Assembly (NCBI GenBank): GCA_002269645.1
Contig: NIVC01000102.1
Span: 81,950 to 145,949 of the forward strand
Direction of reading: 5' to 3'
DNA length: 64,000 nucleotides
Origin: Macrostomum lignano
Lineage: Eukaryota
Shown here: positions 1 to 12,630 of the stretch, one piece after another
How positions within the stretch are numbered: the first letter of the stretch is position 1
Layout: every line of letters starts with the position of its first letter
Made by a program: the position numbers and the translations under genes
The notes under the pieces: generated by a model
The model's input: only the letters and a program-made list of their open reading frames with translations
What the model was told of the DNA's origin: nothing
Databases searched by the model: none

Positions 1-345
1 GGGTAGTTGAGGATCTGGGTAGTTGAGGATGTTGGTAGTTGAGGATCTGGGTAGTTGAGGATGTTGGTAGTTGAGGATCTGGGTAGTTGAGGATCTGGGT
101 AGTTGAGGATCTGGGTAGTTGAGGATCTGGGTAGTTGAGGATGTTGGTAGTTGAGGATCTGGGTAGTTGAGGATCTGGGTAGTTGAGGATGTTGGTAGTT
201 GAGGATCTGGGTAGTTGAGGATGTTGGTAGTTGAGGATCTGGGTAGTTGAGGATCTGGGTAGTTGAGGATCTGGGTAGTTGAGGATCTGAGTTGAGGATC
301 TGAGTTGAGGATCTGAGTTGAGGATCTGAGTTGAGGATCTAAGAA
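1..345. repeat. 16-bp minisatellite (GGGTAGTTGAGGATCT) in a DIP2 intron
   Basis: Direct tandem copies, with GATGTT variants and a terminal 11-bp GAGTTGAGGATCT-type decay. Confidence 0.95.
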
Positions 346-511
346 AAAATGAGGATCTGCGATGATCTAAGCTGAGGATCTGGGAAGTTGACTGAGGATC
401 ATAGAATCTATTTAAGGATCTATGAAGCTAGCTGAGAGTTTGAGACGCTACTCGAAAAATTATTTTTAATGTTAAAAAAACCACACAAAACAACCAGAGC
501 CACTCTCTTAC

Positions 512-3500
512 CGAAGTAGGCGGGCCCAGAAAGCCGATCAATCCGGTGCGCACAAAGGCCCCATCAGTGCCCGATCCCGCTGAGTCAATTTCGTCTCCCG
601 TAGCGCTCACAGGCCGGCAGTTGAACACCCGTTCATTCGGCGAGTCGTTCCCGGCGTACCTGGCCGCTGAGTAGCGAGAGCAGACGCAGATTTCGCCAAC
701 TTCATCAACGCGGCACAGCTGCGGCCGGGACTCCGTGGCGCCCTGACGGCCGAGACGGACCACCGCGACAGCCGACTGGGGCAGCAGGTGGCCGCAGTCT
801 TGCAGGGTGAGCGACGTGTAGGACGAATCAGAGTCCACCTGGCAGCGGCAGAGTGCAGGGGTTTCTGATAGGGTATTGACTCATTGACTGGGGGCCCAGA
901 AACTGAGGATTCTATTTGACTCTTGGAAGATATTTGAATATTCTAGAGGCCCTCTAGGGATCTGGGAAGCTAATTGAGCATTTGGGGAGCTTTCTAGGGA
1001 TCTGGGGAGCTTTCTAGGGATCTGGGGAGCTTTCTAGGGATCTGGGGAGCTTTCTAGGGATCTGGGGAGCTTTCTAGGGATCTGGGGAGCTTTCTAGGGA
1101 TCTGGGGAGCTTTCTAGGGATCTGGGGAGCTTTCTAGGGATCTGGGGAGCTTTCTAGGGATCTGGGGAGCTTTCTAGGGATCTGGGGAGCTTTCTAGGGA
1201 TCTGGGGAGCTTTCTAGGGATCTGGGGAGCTTTCTAGGGATCTGGGGAGCTTTCTAGGGATCTGGGGAGCTTTCTAGGGATCTGGGAAATTATTTGAGGA
1301 TCTGGGGGCTTTCTAAGGATCTGGAAAGCCATTCGAGGATCTGGGAAGCTATTTAAGGATCTGGGAAGCTATTTAAGGATCTGGGAAGCTATTTCAGGAT
1401 CTAGAAAGCTATTTGAGGATCTAGAAAGCTATTTAAGGATCTGAGAAGCTAGTTGAGGATCTGAGATGCTAGTTGAGGATCTGGGAAGCTATTTAAGGAT
1501 CTGGGAAGCTATTTAAGGATCTGGGAAGCTATTTAGGGATCTGGGAAGCTATTCAAAGATCTGGGAAGCTATTCAAGGATCTGGGAAGCTAGTTGAGGAT
1601 CTGGGAAGCTATTTGAGGATCTGAAAATCTAATTGAGGATCTGGCAAGCTAATTGAGGATCTGGAAATCTAATTGAAGATCTGGGAAGCTAATTGAGAAT
1701 CTGGGAAGCTTTCTGAGAATCTAGGATGCTAGTTGAGGATCTGGGAAGCTATCTAAGGAGCTGGAAAGCTATTTAAGGATCTGGGAAGCTAATTGAGGAT
1801 CTGGGAAGCTAATTGAGGATCTGGGAAGCTATCTAAGGAGCTGGAAAGCTATTTAAGGATCTGGGAAGCTAATTGAGGATCTGGGAAGCTAATTGAGGAT
1901 CTGGGAAGCTATCTAAGGAACTGGAAAGCTATTTAAGGATCTGGGAAGCTATTTAAGGATCTGGGAAGCTATTCAAGGATCTGGGAAGCTAGTTGAGCAT
2001 TTGGGGAGCTTTCTAGGGATCTGGGGAGCTTTCTAGGGATCTGGGGAGCTTTCTAGGGATCTGGGGAGCTTTCTAGGGATCTGGGGAGCTTTCTAGGGAT
2101 CTGGGGAGCTTTCTAGGGATCTGGGAAATTATTTGAGGATCTGGGGGCTTTCTAAGGATCTGGAAAGCCATTCGAGGATCTGGGAAGCTATTTAAGGATC
2201 TGGGAAGCTATTTCAGGATCTGAGAAGCTAGTTGAGGATCTGAGATGCTAGTTGAGGATCTGGGAAGCTAGTTGAGGATCTGGGAAGCTATTTAAGGATC
2301 TGAGAAGCTAGTTGAGGATCTGAGATGCTAGTTGAGGATCTGGGAAGCTAGTTGAGGATCTGGGAAGCTATTTAAGGATCTGGGAAGCTATTTAAGGATC
2401 TGGGAAGCTATTTAAGGATCTGGGAAACTATTCAAAGATCTGGGAAGCTATTCAAGGATCTGGGAAGCTAGTTGAGGATCTGGGAATCTAATTGAAGATC
2501 TGGGAAGCTAATTGAGGATCTGGAAATCTAATTGAAGATCTGGGAAGCTAATTGAGAATCTGGGAAGCTTTCTGAGAATCTGGGATGCTAGTTGAGGATC
2601 TGGGAAGCTATCTAAGGAGCTGGAAAGCTATTTAAGGATCTGAGAAGCTAATTGAGGATCTGGGAAGCTAATTGAGGATCTGGGAAGCTATCTAAGGAGC
2701 TGGAAAGCTATTTAAGGATCTGGGAAGCTAGTTGAGGATCTAGGAAGCTAATTGAGAATCTGGAAAGCTTTCTGAGAATCTGGGATGCTAGTTGAGGATC
2801 TGGAAGCTATTTAAGGATCTGGAAGCTATTTAAGGATCTGGGAAGCTAATTGAGGATCTGGGAAGCTAATTGAGGATCTGGGAAGCTATCTAAGGAGCTG
2901 GAAAGCTATCTGAGGATTTGAGAAGCTATTTGAGGATTTGGGAAGCTAATTGAGGATCTGGAAATCTAATTGAAGATCTGGGAAGCTAATTGAAGATAAT
3001 GGAAAGCTATTCGAGTATCTGGAACTCCAAATTACAATGCAAGAAGCTATTTAAGAACTTGGGAGGAGTTCCTTACCTGCACTAGTCCATAGCTCAGCCC
3101 GTGCATGCTGACAACGCCCCGACCAACAGAGTAGCCCGGTCTGCGCAGGCTGACAGTCAGAGACTCAGGCGAGTAGGCACACGTGACCAGACAGTTCGGG
3201 CTCAAGCCCCGGCTTCGAAAACAAGTCAAGAAAGAATCGCACGACGTCAACGACCAAGGATTGGTGGAGTCTGCTACTAGAAGACAGCGCAGACTAGCCA
3301 GACTCATTCCGCTAGTAGAGCTCTCGTCTTTTCCAGCCAGCAGAGACCAGTAGAGATCGCGCGATTTCGCCCAAGCATAGGCCACCCGTTGCTTAGCAAC
3401 CAGACGCAGCCAAGCTAATGAATCGGATTTCATCAGACTGTAGGGTACAAAATACACGTGCAGACCGGCTAGCATAGCGGCTACCAGGCCGTGCCATAGG

Positions 3501-6500
3501 CCGACATCACGGCGAGGATCCAGCAGACATACGGCCGTGTCGCCTTTGCCGTAGCCCAGCGCTGAGCAGAGCGCTTTGCCGTGGCTCAGCAGAGCAGCTC
3601 TGGATATGCACACAGCTCTGGCGCTGCCGTCTCTGGCTGGGCCGCATTCAGCATAGGCTAGCGGCTGCTGCTGGCTCTGCTGTCCAGACTGGGGCGGTCG
3701 CCAGTCCTTCGCCGGTTTAGTCAGGCCCTGGGCATCGGCCAGGATCCAGTGCAAGCCGCTCGGCCAGCCCGGGTAAGAGGGCGGCTCGTGCTGGGACTGA
3801 GTCTTCAGCTGGCGATAGAATGATTCGCTAGTGAGCACGGCTCGGGCCTTGTGAGGTGGGGGCGGTGGTTTGCGTTTTTTGTATGCCAGTGTAATATAAA
3901 AACTTAATTAGTCAATAGACATGCCGGGAAGTGTGTCAGGTGTGTAGATAGGTGTGTTATTAGGCATACAGGGAGGGCACTATTAGGCACGCAGGGAAGG
4001 CACTATTAGGCACACCGGGAGGGCACTATTAGACGTACAGGGAGGGCACTATTAGACATACAGGGAGAGCACTATTAGGCACACCGGGAGGGCACTATTA
4101 GGCACACCGGGAGGGCACTATTAGGCACACCGGGAGGGCACTATTAGGCATGCAGGGAGGGCACTATTAGGCATGCAGGGAGGGCACTATTAGGCACACC
4201 GGGAGGGCACTATTAGGCATGCAGGGAGGGCACTATTAGACATGCAGGGAAGGCACTATTAGGCACACCGGGAGGGCACTAATTAGGCATGCAGGGAGGG
4301 CACTATTAGACATACAGGGAGGGCACTATTAGGCATGCAGGGAGAGCACTATTAAACACACCGGGAGGGCACTATTGGGCACACCGGGAGGGCACTATTA
4401 GGCATGCAGGGAGGGCACTATTAGGCATGCAGGGAGGGCACTATTAGGCATGCAGGGAGGGCACTATTAGGCACACCGGGAGGGCACTATTAGGCATGCA
4501 GGGAGGGCACTATTAGACATGCAGGGAGGGCACTATTAGGCACACCGGGAGGGCACTATTAGGCATGCAGGGAGGGCACTATTAGACATGCAGGGAGGGC
4601 ACTATTAGGCATGCAGGGAGAGCACTATTAAACACACCGGGAGGGCACTATTAGGCACACCGGGAGGGCACTATTAGGCATGCAGGGAGGGCACTATTAG
4701 GCATACAGGGAGGGCACTATTAGGCACGCAGGGAGGGCACTATTAGGCACGCAGGGAGGGCACTATTAGGCACGCAGGGAGGGCACTATTAGACATACAG
4801 GGAGGGCACTATTAGGCACGCAGGGAGGGCACTATTAGGCATGCAGGGAGGGCACTATTAGGCACACCAGGAGGGCACTACTAGGCACGCAGGGAGGGCA
4901 CTATTAGACATACAGGGAGAGCACTATTAGGCACACCGGGAGGGCACTATTAGGCACACCGGAAGGGCACTATTAGGCACACCGGGAGGGCACTATTAGG
5001 CATGCAGGGAGGGCACTATTAGGCATGCAGGGAGGGCACTATTAGGCACACCGGGAGGGCACTATTAGGCATGCAGGGAGGGCACTATTAGACATACAGG
5101 GAGGGCACTATTAGGCACACCGGGAGGGCACTATTAGGCACACCGGGAGGGCACTATTAGGCACACCGGGAGGGCACTATTAGGCATGCAGGGAGGGCAC
5201 TATTAGACATGAGGGAGGGCACTATTAGACATACAGGGAGGGCACTATTAGACATACAGGGAGGGCACTATTAGACATGAGGGAGGGCACTATTAGACAT
5301 ACAGGGAGGGCACTATTAGACATGAGGGAGGGCACTATTAGACATACAGGGAGGGCACTATTAGACATGAGGGAGGGCACTATTAGACATACAGGGAGGG
5401 CACTATTAGACATGAGGGAGGGCACTATTAGGCACACCGGGAGGGCACTATTAGGCATGCAGGGAGGGCACTATTAGACATACAGGGAGGGCACTATTAG
5501 GCACACCGGGAGGGCACTATTAGGCACACCGGGAGGGCACTATTAGGCACACCGGGAGGGCACTATTAGGCATGCAGGGAGGGCACTATTAGACATGAGG
5601 GAGGGCACTATTAGACATACAGGGAGGGCACTATTAGGCACACCGGGAGGGCACTATTAGGCACACCGGGAGGGCACTATTAGGCACACCGGGAGGGCAC
5701 TATTAGGCATGCAGGGAGGGCACTATTAGACATGAGGGAGGGCACTATTAGACATACAGGGAGGGCACTATTAGACATACAGGGAGGGCACTATTAGACA
5801 TGAGGGAGGGCACTATTAGACATACAGGGAGGGCACTATTAGACATGAGGGAGGGCACTATTAGACATACAGGGAGGGCACTATTAGACATGAGGGAGGG
5901 CACTATTAGACATACAGGGAGGGCACTATTAGACATGAGGGAGGGCACTATTAGGCATGCAGGGAGGGCACTATCAGGCATGCAGGGAGAGCACTATTAA
6001 ACACACCGGGAGGGCACTATTAGGCATGCAGGGAGAGCACTATTAGGCACGCAGGGCATTAGACGCGCCAGACGATATTAATTGATAAAAGCAAGCAAGC
6101 CAACCTCCAGAGCAGCCAGCATCTGGCCAGTCTCGGCAGTGGCAGTAGGCGGCGGTTCAACAGGTACAGGCACCACACCAGCCAGCTGACAGGCGGCAAA
6201 GGCGGTGGCCAGAGTGCACACATCAGATGCTGGCAACAGCAGAGCAGCCCGATCGCCTGGTTTCAAACTGCTCGAACCCTTGTGCCCGACCTTATTCAGC
6301 AGGTAATAAGCCAGTCTCCTAGAGGAGCTGTACAGCTTGGCGTAGGTCAGAGTGCGACCAGTTTTACCGTCGGCCTCCATACAGGTGATGGCCAGGGATT
6401 TGCCAGAGCCTTCGCCTGCGTGACGCTGCAGAGCTTCATCAAATGTGCCAGGCAGACTGCTGGGGCTGTCCTCCGAATCAGCGAACTCTGCGCCCAGCAC

Positions 6501-8303
6501 GGGCAGCGATTCGAAACCGCGGGCGGTGCCAACGGAGGAGGCGGTCGGGGAAGTCAGCAGGGGACGGCGTTTGAGGCGGGAAAGCGACTCCTGTTGGTGA
6601 GGGGTGCGCATAAATAATGCGGATGGATTAGACAGATAATTTGGTAAAGTGAGATGAAGGGAGAGGAAGACAGGTAGAGGGTGAGAGAGAGAGACAGGTA
6701 GAGGGGAGAGGAAGACAGGTAGAGGGGAGAGAGGGAGACAGGTAGAGGGGAGAGAGGGAGACAGGTAGAGGGGGAGAGGGAGACAGGTAGAGGGGAGAGA
6801 GGGAGACAGGTAGAGGGGAGAGAGGGAGACAGGTAGAGGGAGAGAGGGAGACAGGTAGAGGGGAGAGAGGGAGACGGGTAGAGGGGGAGAGGGAGACGGG
6901 TAGAGGGGAGAGAGGGAGACGGGTAGAGGGGAGAGGGAGACGGGTAGAGGGGAGAGAGGGAGACGGGTAGAGGGGAGAGAGGGAGACAGGTAGAGGGGAG
7001 AGAGGGAGACAGGTAGAGGGAGAGAGGGAGACAGGTAGAGGGGAGAGAGGGAGACGGGTAGAGGGGGAGAGGGAGACGGGTAGAGGGGAGAGAGAGAGAC
7101 GGGTAGAGGGGGAGAGGGAGACGGGTAGAGGGGAGAGAGGGAGACAGGTAGAGGGGAGAGAGGGAGACAGGTAGAGGGGAGAGAGGGAGACGGGTAGAGG
7201 GGGGAGGGAGACGGGTAGAGGGGAGAGAGAGAGACGGGTAGAGGGGGAGAGGGAGACGGGTAGAGGGGAGAGAGGGAGACGGGTAGAGGGGAAAGAGGGA
7301 GACGGTTAGAGGGGAGAGAGGGAGACAGGTAGAGGGGTAGAGGAAGACAGGTAGAGGGGTAGATGGAGACAGGTAGAGGGGTAGAGGAAGACAGGTAGAG
7401 GGGGAGAGGGAGACGGGTAGAGGGGAGAGAGGGAGACAGGTAGAGGGTAGAGGGAGACAGGTAGAGGGGAGAGAGGGAGACGGGTAGAGGGGGAGAGGGA
7501 GACGGGTAGAGGGGAGAGAGAGAGACGGGTAGAGGGGGAGAGGGAGACGGGTAGAGGGGAGAGAGGGAGACGGGTAGAGGGGAAAGAGGGAGACGGTTAG
7601 AGGGGAGAGAGGGAGACAGGTAGAGGGGTAGAGGAAGACAGGTAGAGGGGTAGATGGAGACAGGTAGAGGGGAGAGAGGGAGACAGGTAGAGGGGGAGAG
7701 GGAGACGGGTGGAGGGGAGAGAGGGAGACAGGACGAGGGGGAGAGGAAAACAGATAGAGGGAGAGAGGGAGACAGGTAGAAGGGTAGATGGAGACAAGTA
7801 GATGGAGAGAGGGAGACAGGTAGAGGGGAGAGGTAGAGGGAGACAGGTAGAGTTGAGAGAGGGGAGTAGGGGTAGGAGACAGGTAGACCGAAGATGGAGA
7901 CAAGCAGAGGGCGCTAGAAAGAAAAAAAACTAACAAACAGGCAGAAGACTGATAGCCACATAGGTAAGCCAGTGGAGATATATCAGAGCCCAGAGGCACA
8001 ATAGCCTCACCTGCAGCAGTTTAACCCGGCCAGAAACTGGCAGAGTGGCCGAGACAGGCGTCGACTCGGGCCCGAACCCGCCGTCAGCAGCTTCCAGAGC
8101 TTCGCTGGTCCGTCTGGAGTGCTGCTGCTGTTGCTGCTGCTGAAGCTGTTGATGCTGCAACATCAGCTGCTGCAGAGAGGCTGGCCGCCACTGATTGGCA
8201 GGTGTGCCCTGATAGACGTTGCCCTTGACAATGTAGCATCCGGATGCTGAGGATGCGGCGTCATCTGATGTTGTAGCGTGCACTGAACTGGAACCATCCG
8301 GGT
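512..8303 (-). CDS. DIP2: Disco-interacting protein 2 (DIP2) homologue, partial (continues off the left edge). Exons 8303?-8011, 6590-6105, 3847-3077, 838-512
   Basis: GT-AG introns 8010-6591, 6104-3848 and 3076-839 plus the donor at 511 are all phase 0 and keep one frame. Translation has DIP2 motifs: RVKLLQ|ESLSRLKRRPL, TLTYAKLYSSSRRLAYYLLNK, LKPGDRAALL, VPVPVEPP, GWPSGLHWI, LWHG, SLASLRCLLVADSTNPWSLTSCDSFL, LCRVDEVGEICV, FVRTGLIGFLGP. The 5' boundary of the 8011 exon is uncertain (acceptor at 8304/8305 or ATG at 8379). Confidence 0.92.
945..3010. repeat. 20-bp minisatellite (GAGGATCTGGGAAGCTA[AG]TT / GGGGAGCTTTCTAGGGATCT) with a ~1-kb higher-order duplication, DIP2 intron
   Basis: Tandem copies; the block starting GAGCATTTGGGGAGCTTTCTAGGG occurs at ~976 and again at ~1996. 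Confidence 0.95.
3960..6060. repeat. 23-bp minisatellite (ACACCGGGAGGGCACTATTAGGC and variants), DIP2 intron
   Basis: Period 23 read directly (unit starts at 4081 and 4104); about 90 copies. Confidence 0.97.
6650..7900. repeat. Polypurine ~23-bp minisatellite (AGAGGGGAGAGAGGGAGACAGGT), DIP2 intron
   Basis: Period 23 (6721 to 6744) with some shorter variants; nearly all purine on +. Confidence 0.95.
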
Positions 8304-8934
8304 CTGCGAGAGAAGTGCTGCTGACTGCCAATTGTTTAGAGGGGGGGGGTTTCCACAGGTTTGAATTTGACAGAATCATTATTTACTTTTTAATTTAAAT
8401 TGACTGTCAGTGGCTTAAATTAGGTTTTAGACTAAGGTTTAAGAGGTTGGAGCTAGTTTATTAGAATAGTGTTTAATTTAGGTTTAATGTGAGGGGTTTA
8501 AGATAGCAGTGAAGTTAAGATCTACAGTTAATTTCAGCAGTCAATTGTTGTGGACCCTTCTAATTTGTATATAATTGGTACAACGAAACATCATTTTTAT
8601 GATGTAAGATAGGACATAGGCCAAGCCAGTTCTATTTTGTAACCCTAAAATTTGGACTAAAAAATAAGCCACTACTATTATATTATGCATACAAGCTGTT
8701 GAAACCCGCGGATTTTGAACCCGGGGAACTCTATTCCCCGGAATTATTTTTGCATCCATTCTAAAATCGGAGTCAAACTCAAACAAAAACTTGTTAATAG
8801 TTGGATAGAGTTAAACATAAAATATATACATTCGTGTAAAATTAGGACATTTGAAGCAAGCATTGATATTGATATTGGCTGGGATGCTACACAGAGTGTC
8901 AGGCAAACTCTGGCCTCTGCCACTGCCTCTCCCT

Positions 8935-9952
8935 AATGTCCCTTGCATCCTTTGCAACTTCTATTTTCTCTTCTGTTTCCTATCTTCTCTCTCTCGTCTC
9001 TCGTCTCTTCTCTCTCGTCTCTCGTCTCTTCTTCTTTTCTCATCTCTTCTTTTTCTCTCCTCTCTCCTCTCTCCCCTCTTCTCTCGTCTCTTCCCTCTCC
9101 CCTCTATTCTTTTCTCTCTCCTCTCATCTCTCTTATCGTCTCTTCCCTCAACTCTCTTCTCTCTCGTCTTTGCTCTCTTATCTCTCCTTTCTCTTCCTTT
9201 ATCTTCTCTCTTGTCTTTTTTCATTTCTCTCTGCTCTCTCTCCTCACATATCTCTGCTCTCTCCTCCATCTCTCTAATCTCTCCCCTCTTTCCTCTCCTC
9301 TCTCATCCTTTTCACCAATTTCCGCTGTCCTCTCGATTCTCTCCCCTCCCCTCCTCTCTCCTCACTCACTTCTCATCTCTCCCTTGTCTCCACTCATATC
9401 TTATTTCTTATCTCTCCTCTTTTCTCTCTACTCTCCCATCTCTCGCCTGTTTACTATCGTTTCTGCTCTCGCATCTCCCCTCTCTCATCTGTCATCTTTA
9501 CTCTCATATGTTCTCTCACCTCTCTCCTCTTGTACTCTTCTCTTTCCCCTTTTTGACTCAGGACTCTCTCTCCTTTCTTCTCTCTTCTCGTCTCTTCTCT
9601 TCTCTCTTCTATACTCTCTCCCTCTTTTGTCTTCTCTCTTCCCTCTCCACTTCTCTCCTCTCATATATCGTCTGTTCATTCTCATCTTTGCTCTCTCATT
9701 CCCCCTCTCTCTTCTGTCATCTCTACTCCCCTCTCTCCTGTGTACTCTTCTCTTTCCCCTCTTCTGACTTCTCTTTCCTTACTCCTCTCCTCTCTTCCCT
9801 CTTCTATACTCTCTCCCCTCTATTCTCTTCTCTCGTCTCTCTGCACCCTGCTGTGTATTCCTTAATCTCTCATCTCTACAATCTCATATCTTTCCTCTCT
9901 CCTTCTCTTCTCTTTACTCTATCATCTCTCCTTTCTCCTCTCTTCTTTCTCA

Positions 9953-10025
<73 letters not shown>

Positions 10026-10335
10026 ACTCCTCTCCCCCTCTTCCCCCTCTTATCTCCTCTCCTTGATCCTTTCTAATCTCTCCTCTCGATCCTCTCATCT
10101 CTACTCTCATCTCACTCTTCTCTACTCTCCTCTCTCATCGATCCTGTCTTATCTCTCCCCTCTTCTCACCTCTACTCTTTCCTCTCTCCCCTCGTCTCGC
10201 TTTTTCCTCGCATATTCTCTGCTCTCTCCTCACCCCTCATATCTCTTGTTATCTTCTATCATTTCTCTTATTCCCCTCTCTCTCGCCCCTCCTCTCTTTC
10301 CAACAGTCTATTCCTTCTCCTTTCCACTCTCATCT
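8935..10335. repeat. Polypyrimidine (CT-rich) low-complexity tract including perfect (CT)n at ~9960-10021
   Basis: Composition; the long ORFs across it are Ser/Leu/Phe low-complexity artefacts. Confidence 0.95.
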
Positions 10336-10880
10336 GGCCCGTAGCCATGAGCTGGATTCTTTATCTGGCCTTTGAGATAAAAATCTGCCGATCCCTGCTT
10401 CGAAAGCCAGTTTGTGGGACGTAGTACTATCATGGTTGTTATCATTTCTCATGCTTTAATCACGTCATCTTTCTGGTCAATTAGCAGCCCTGAGAGAAAT
10501 TTGTATATCTCCAGCTCCAACACAACAGTCTGCAGCAGTCTAACAACCATGGAAATACGCATTTCTTAGGAGGCCATTTAAATTTTAAAGTACCTTATGC
10601 GAATCCTAATGTTAAAATTTTCATGGTGTAACTAATTTAGTAGGATTGCATTGTAATTGTAATCAGTTATTCATTAATTTTTCGATATTTTTACAAACCA
10701 TCCCACATCGCCTTGATTTGCCATCCCTGTTTAACTGCTGCAGACTTGTCTATTCAGAGGACAGTGGTTTGAAATTGAATCTCTCACTAAACTCTCTCCT
10801 CTCCACGCCTCTCCACTCGCGGGGGTACAGAGAAGGCTATTAAAAAGTTATTCCAAAACACTGTACATTCGCTATGTACA

Positions 10881-11545
10881 TTGAGCCCTATCGCCTGACC
10901 CTTCGTCTGGGGAATGAGTTGGATGAGCGGCAAAAAACAGAAAAAGCAGACAAACTTCACATGCTTACAGTTTCTGTCCTGATTGAGATACAGAATTGAG
11001 ACTTTACATGTAGACAGAGAATGAGTCAATAAAGAATTGTGTCAAGTTTGAAGTCAATCGCTTTACGTGGAGCAAACTTATGGCAGCTGAAAGTTAGTCA
11101 ATTTTGAAACCCTTTTACACATCTGGGCCCAGATCGGGAAAGAGAGGCAGGCGGGCGGAGGTTGGGGTGGTTGCTACGCTGAAAAAACAGCCTAACTTTA
11201 AAAGTGCACAGCACCGCTCAGGATTAACTTTGAGACTCAAAATTTTACATGATTGTGCCAAAATAGTTTAAGATTATCTGTGTCAAATTTGAAGAGAATC
11301 GGTAGAAGTGGAGCGGCGCTATGGAGGATTAAGTGAAAAAATCGCGCATTTTGAGCAGTTTTTTGTACTTTTAGGTAGGAAGACTTGAGTCTAGGAAATT
11401 TAAAGGTAGCCTAAGACATTCTCCGTAGTAAGTTTAGGGTGGGTGTAAAGTTTGGTGTAATTTGGTTGAGCGGTTTGGGAGTCCATAGCGATCAAAATTG
11501 TCCACACACACACACACACAGAGTTTTGGTTTTTATATGTAGAGA
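10881..11545 (-). mobile_element. Non-autonomous Helitron-like element (solo copy)
   Basis: Minus strand begins A|TCTCTACATATAAAAA followed by a (TG)n microsatellite and ends with an imperfect hairpin (CCAGAC-GAAGG-GTCAGG) then GGGCTCAA|T, i.e. inserted in an A|T site. Shares a 19-bp exact match (11151-11169) with 63474-63492. The 3' end is not the canonical CTRR. Confidence 0.55.
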
Positions 11546-12548
11546 TAATGTTCAGCATTAAAAATTAAAACAAAGATTTCTGCTTACCAGACTCCTGCAT
11601 GGTGATTTGCAGTGTTGTTGAATTCAAGGATATTAATAAACTATAAGAGCTTTATTCAAATTGCCCTTAGTAATAATTATCCTTATGGTCTAAATAGATG
11701 TTGAACAAGCTGCAAAAATAAAGGAATAAGTTAATAAGAATAATAATTGACCAAACTATTGACCACTATACTATATAAATTATAATTTGTAAATACAACT
11801 AATGCTATTTATGATCTAGTTTATAGTCAAGGTACCTACTAAGAAAGTCAATTCCTTGCTGCTAAAACCTTGAAGTTTTGGATTTAGCTTACAATTTTTT
11901 TATTTTTAATATTCTAAACTATCGAGACTTTACTCACATTTTATCTGCTAGACAATGCCCTCTGTAGCTAAGTCAAATAAGCCAAATTATTGAGATTAGG
12001 AAAAGTCTAGGATTTTGACTGATCTACAACCTAATATGCAAAATTTGAAAACATTTTCTAGTTTTAAAATGTGTTTATTAAATAGAATATACATAGCCTT
12101 AATTGAAAAGCTAAAATAGTTATTATAATTTAAACTAAAGACAAGCTTTTTATTGTTAGAAAATGTAGAAGTGGTTAATAGTTTCTAGGAATATTACAGT
12201 TTGAATCTGCGCTAATAATTAGTTTTATTCTACAAAATATTCTATATATTCTCAATATTTGATGTTTGTTAAAAAATACACACGTTCAAATAGTATAAAT
12301 AGGAGAAGGCTGAGAGGAAGAAGAGACAATTCGTTTGCTAGCTATAAGCTCAAAACGTGTTCAATAAATCTTTCTCAGATCATTGTTCATTTCTAAGAGT
12401 ATTGTGAAGAAGGTTGAAGGTTGCACTTAGGATTCATGTAAAGAGAAGTACCAAGAGTAATCGCCGTGACCCTCTAATCTCAGTAACGCCCAGACTGGAG
12501 AGAGAAAGTACATATACCAATAAGACCACTCAGGCCATATACTAAGAA

Positions 12549-12630
12549 CGCTACCAGACTAATACATAAGACGCTACCAGACTAATACATAAGATGCTAC
12601 CAGACTAATACATAAAACGCTACCAGTATA
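12549..12630. repeat. Short 23-bp tandem repeat (CGCTACCAGACTAATACATAAGA) x3-4
   Basis: Period 23 (12549 to 12572). Confidence 0.85.

Noticed and set aside
5225-6000. Repetitive ORFs in the 23-bp array
   Set aside because: They simply follow the repeat period inside an intron
6554-10344. Long ORFs 6554-7999 (481 aa) and 8851-10344 (497 aa), plus overlapping ones
   Set aside because: They are translations of GA/CT low-complexity tracts (Pro/Leu/Ser runs) with no domain; the first lies in a DIP2 intron
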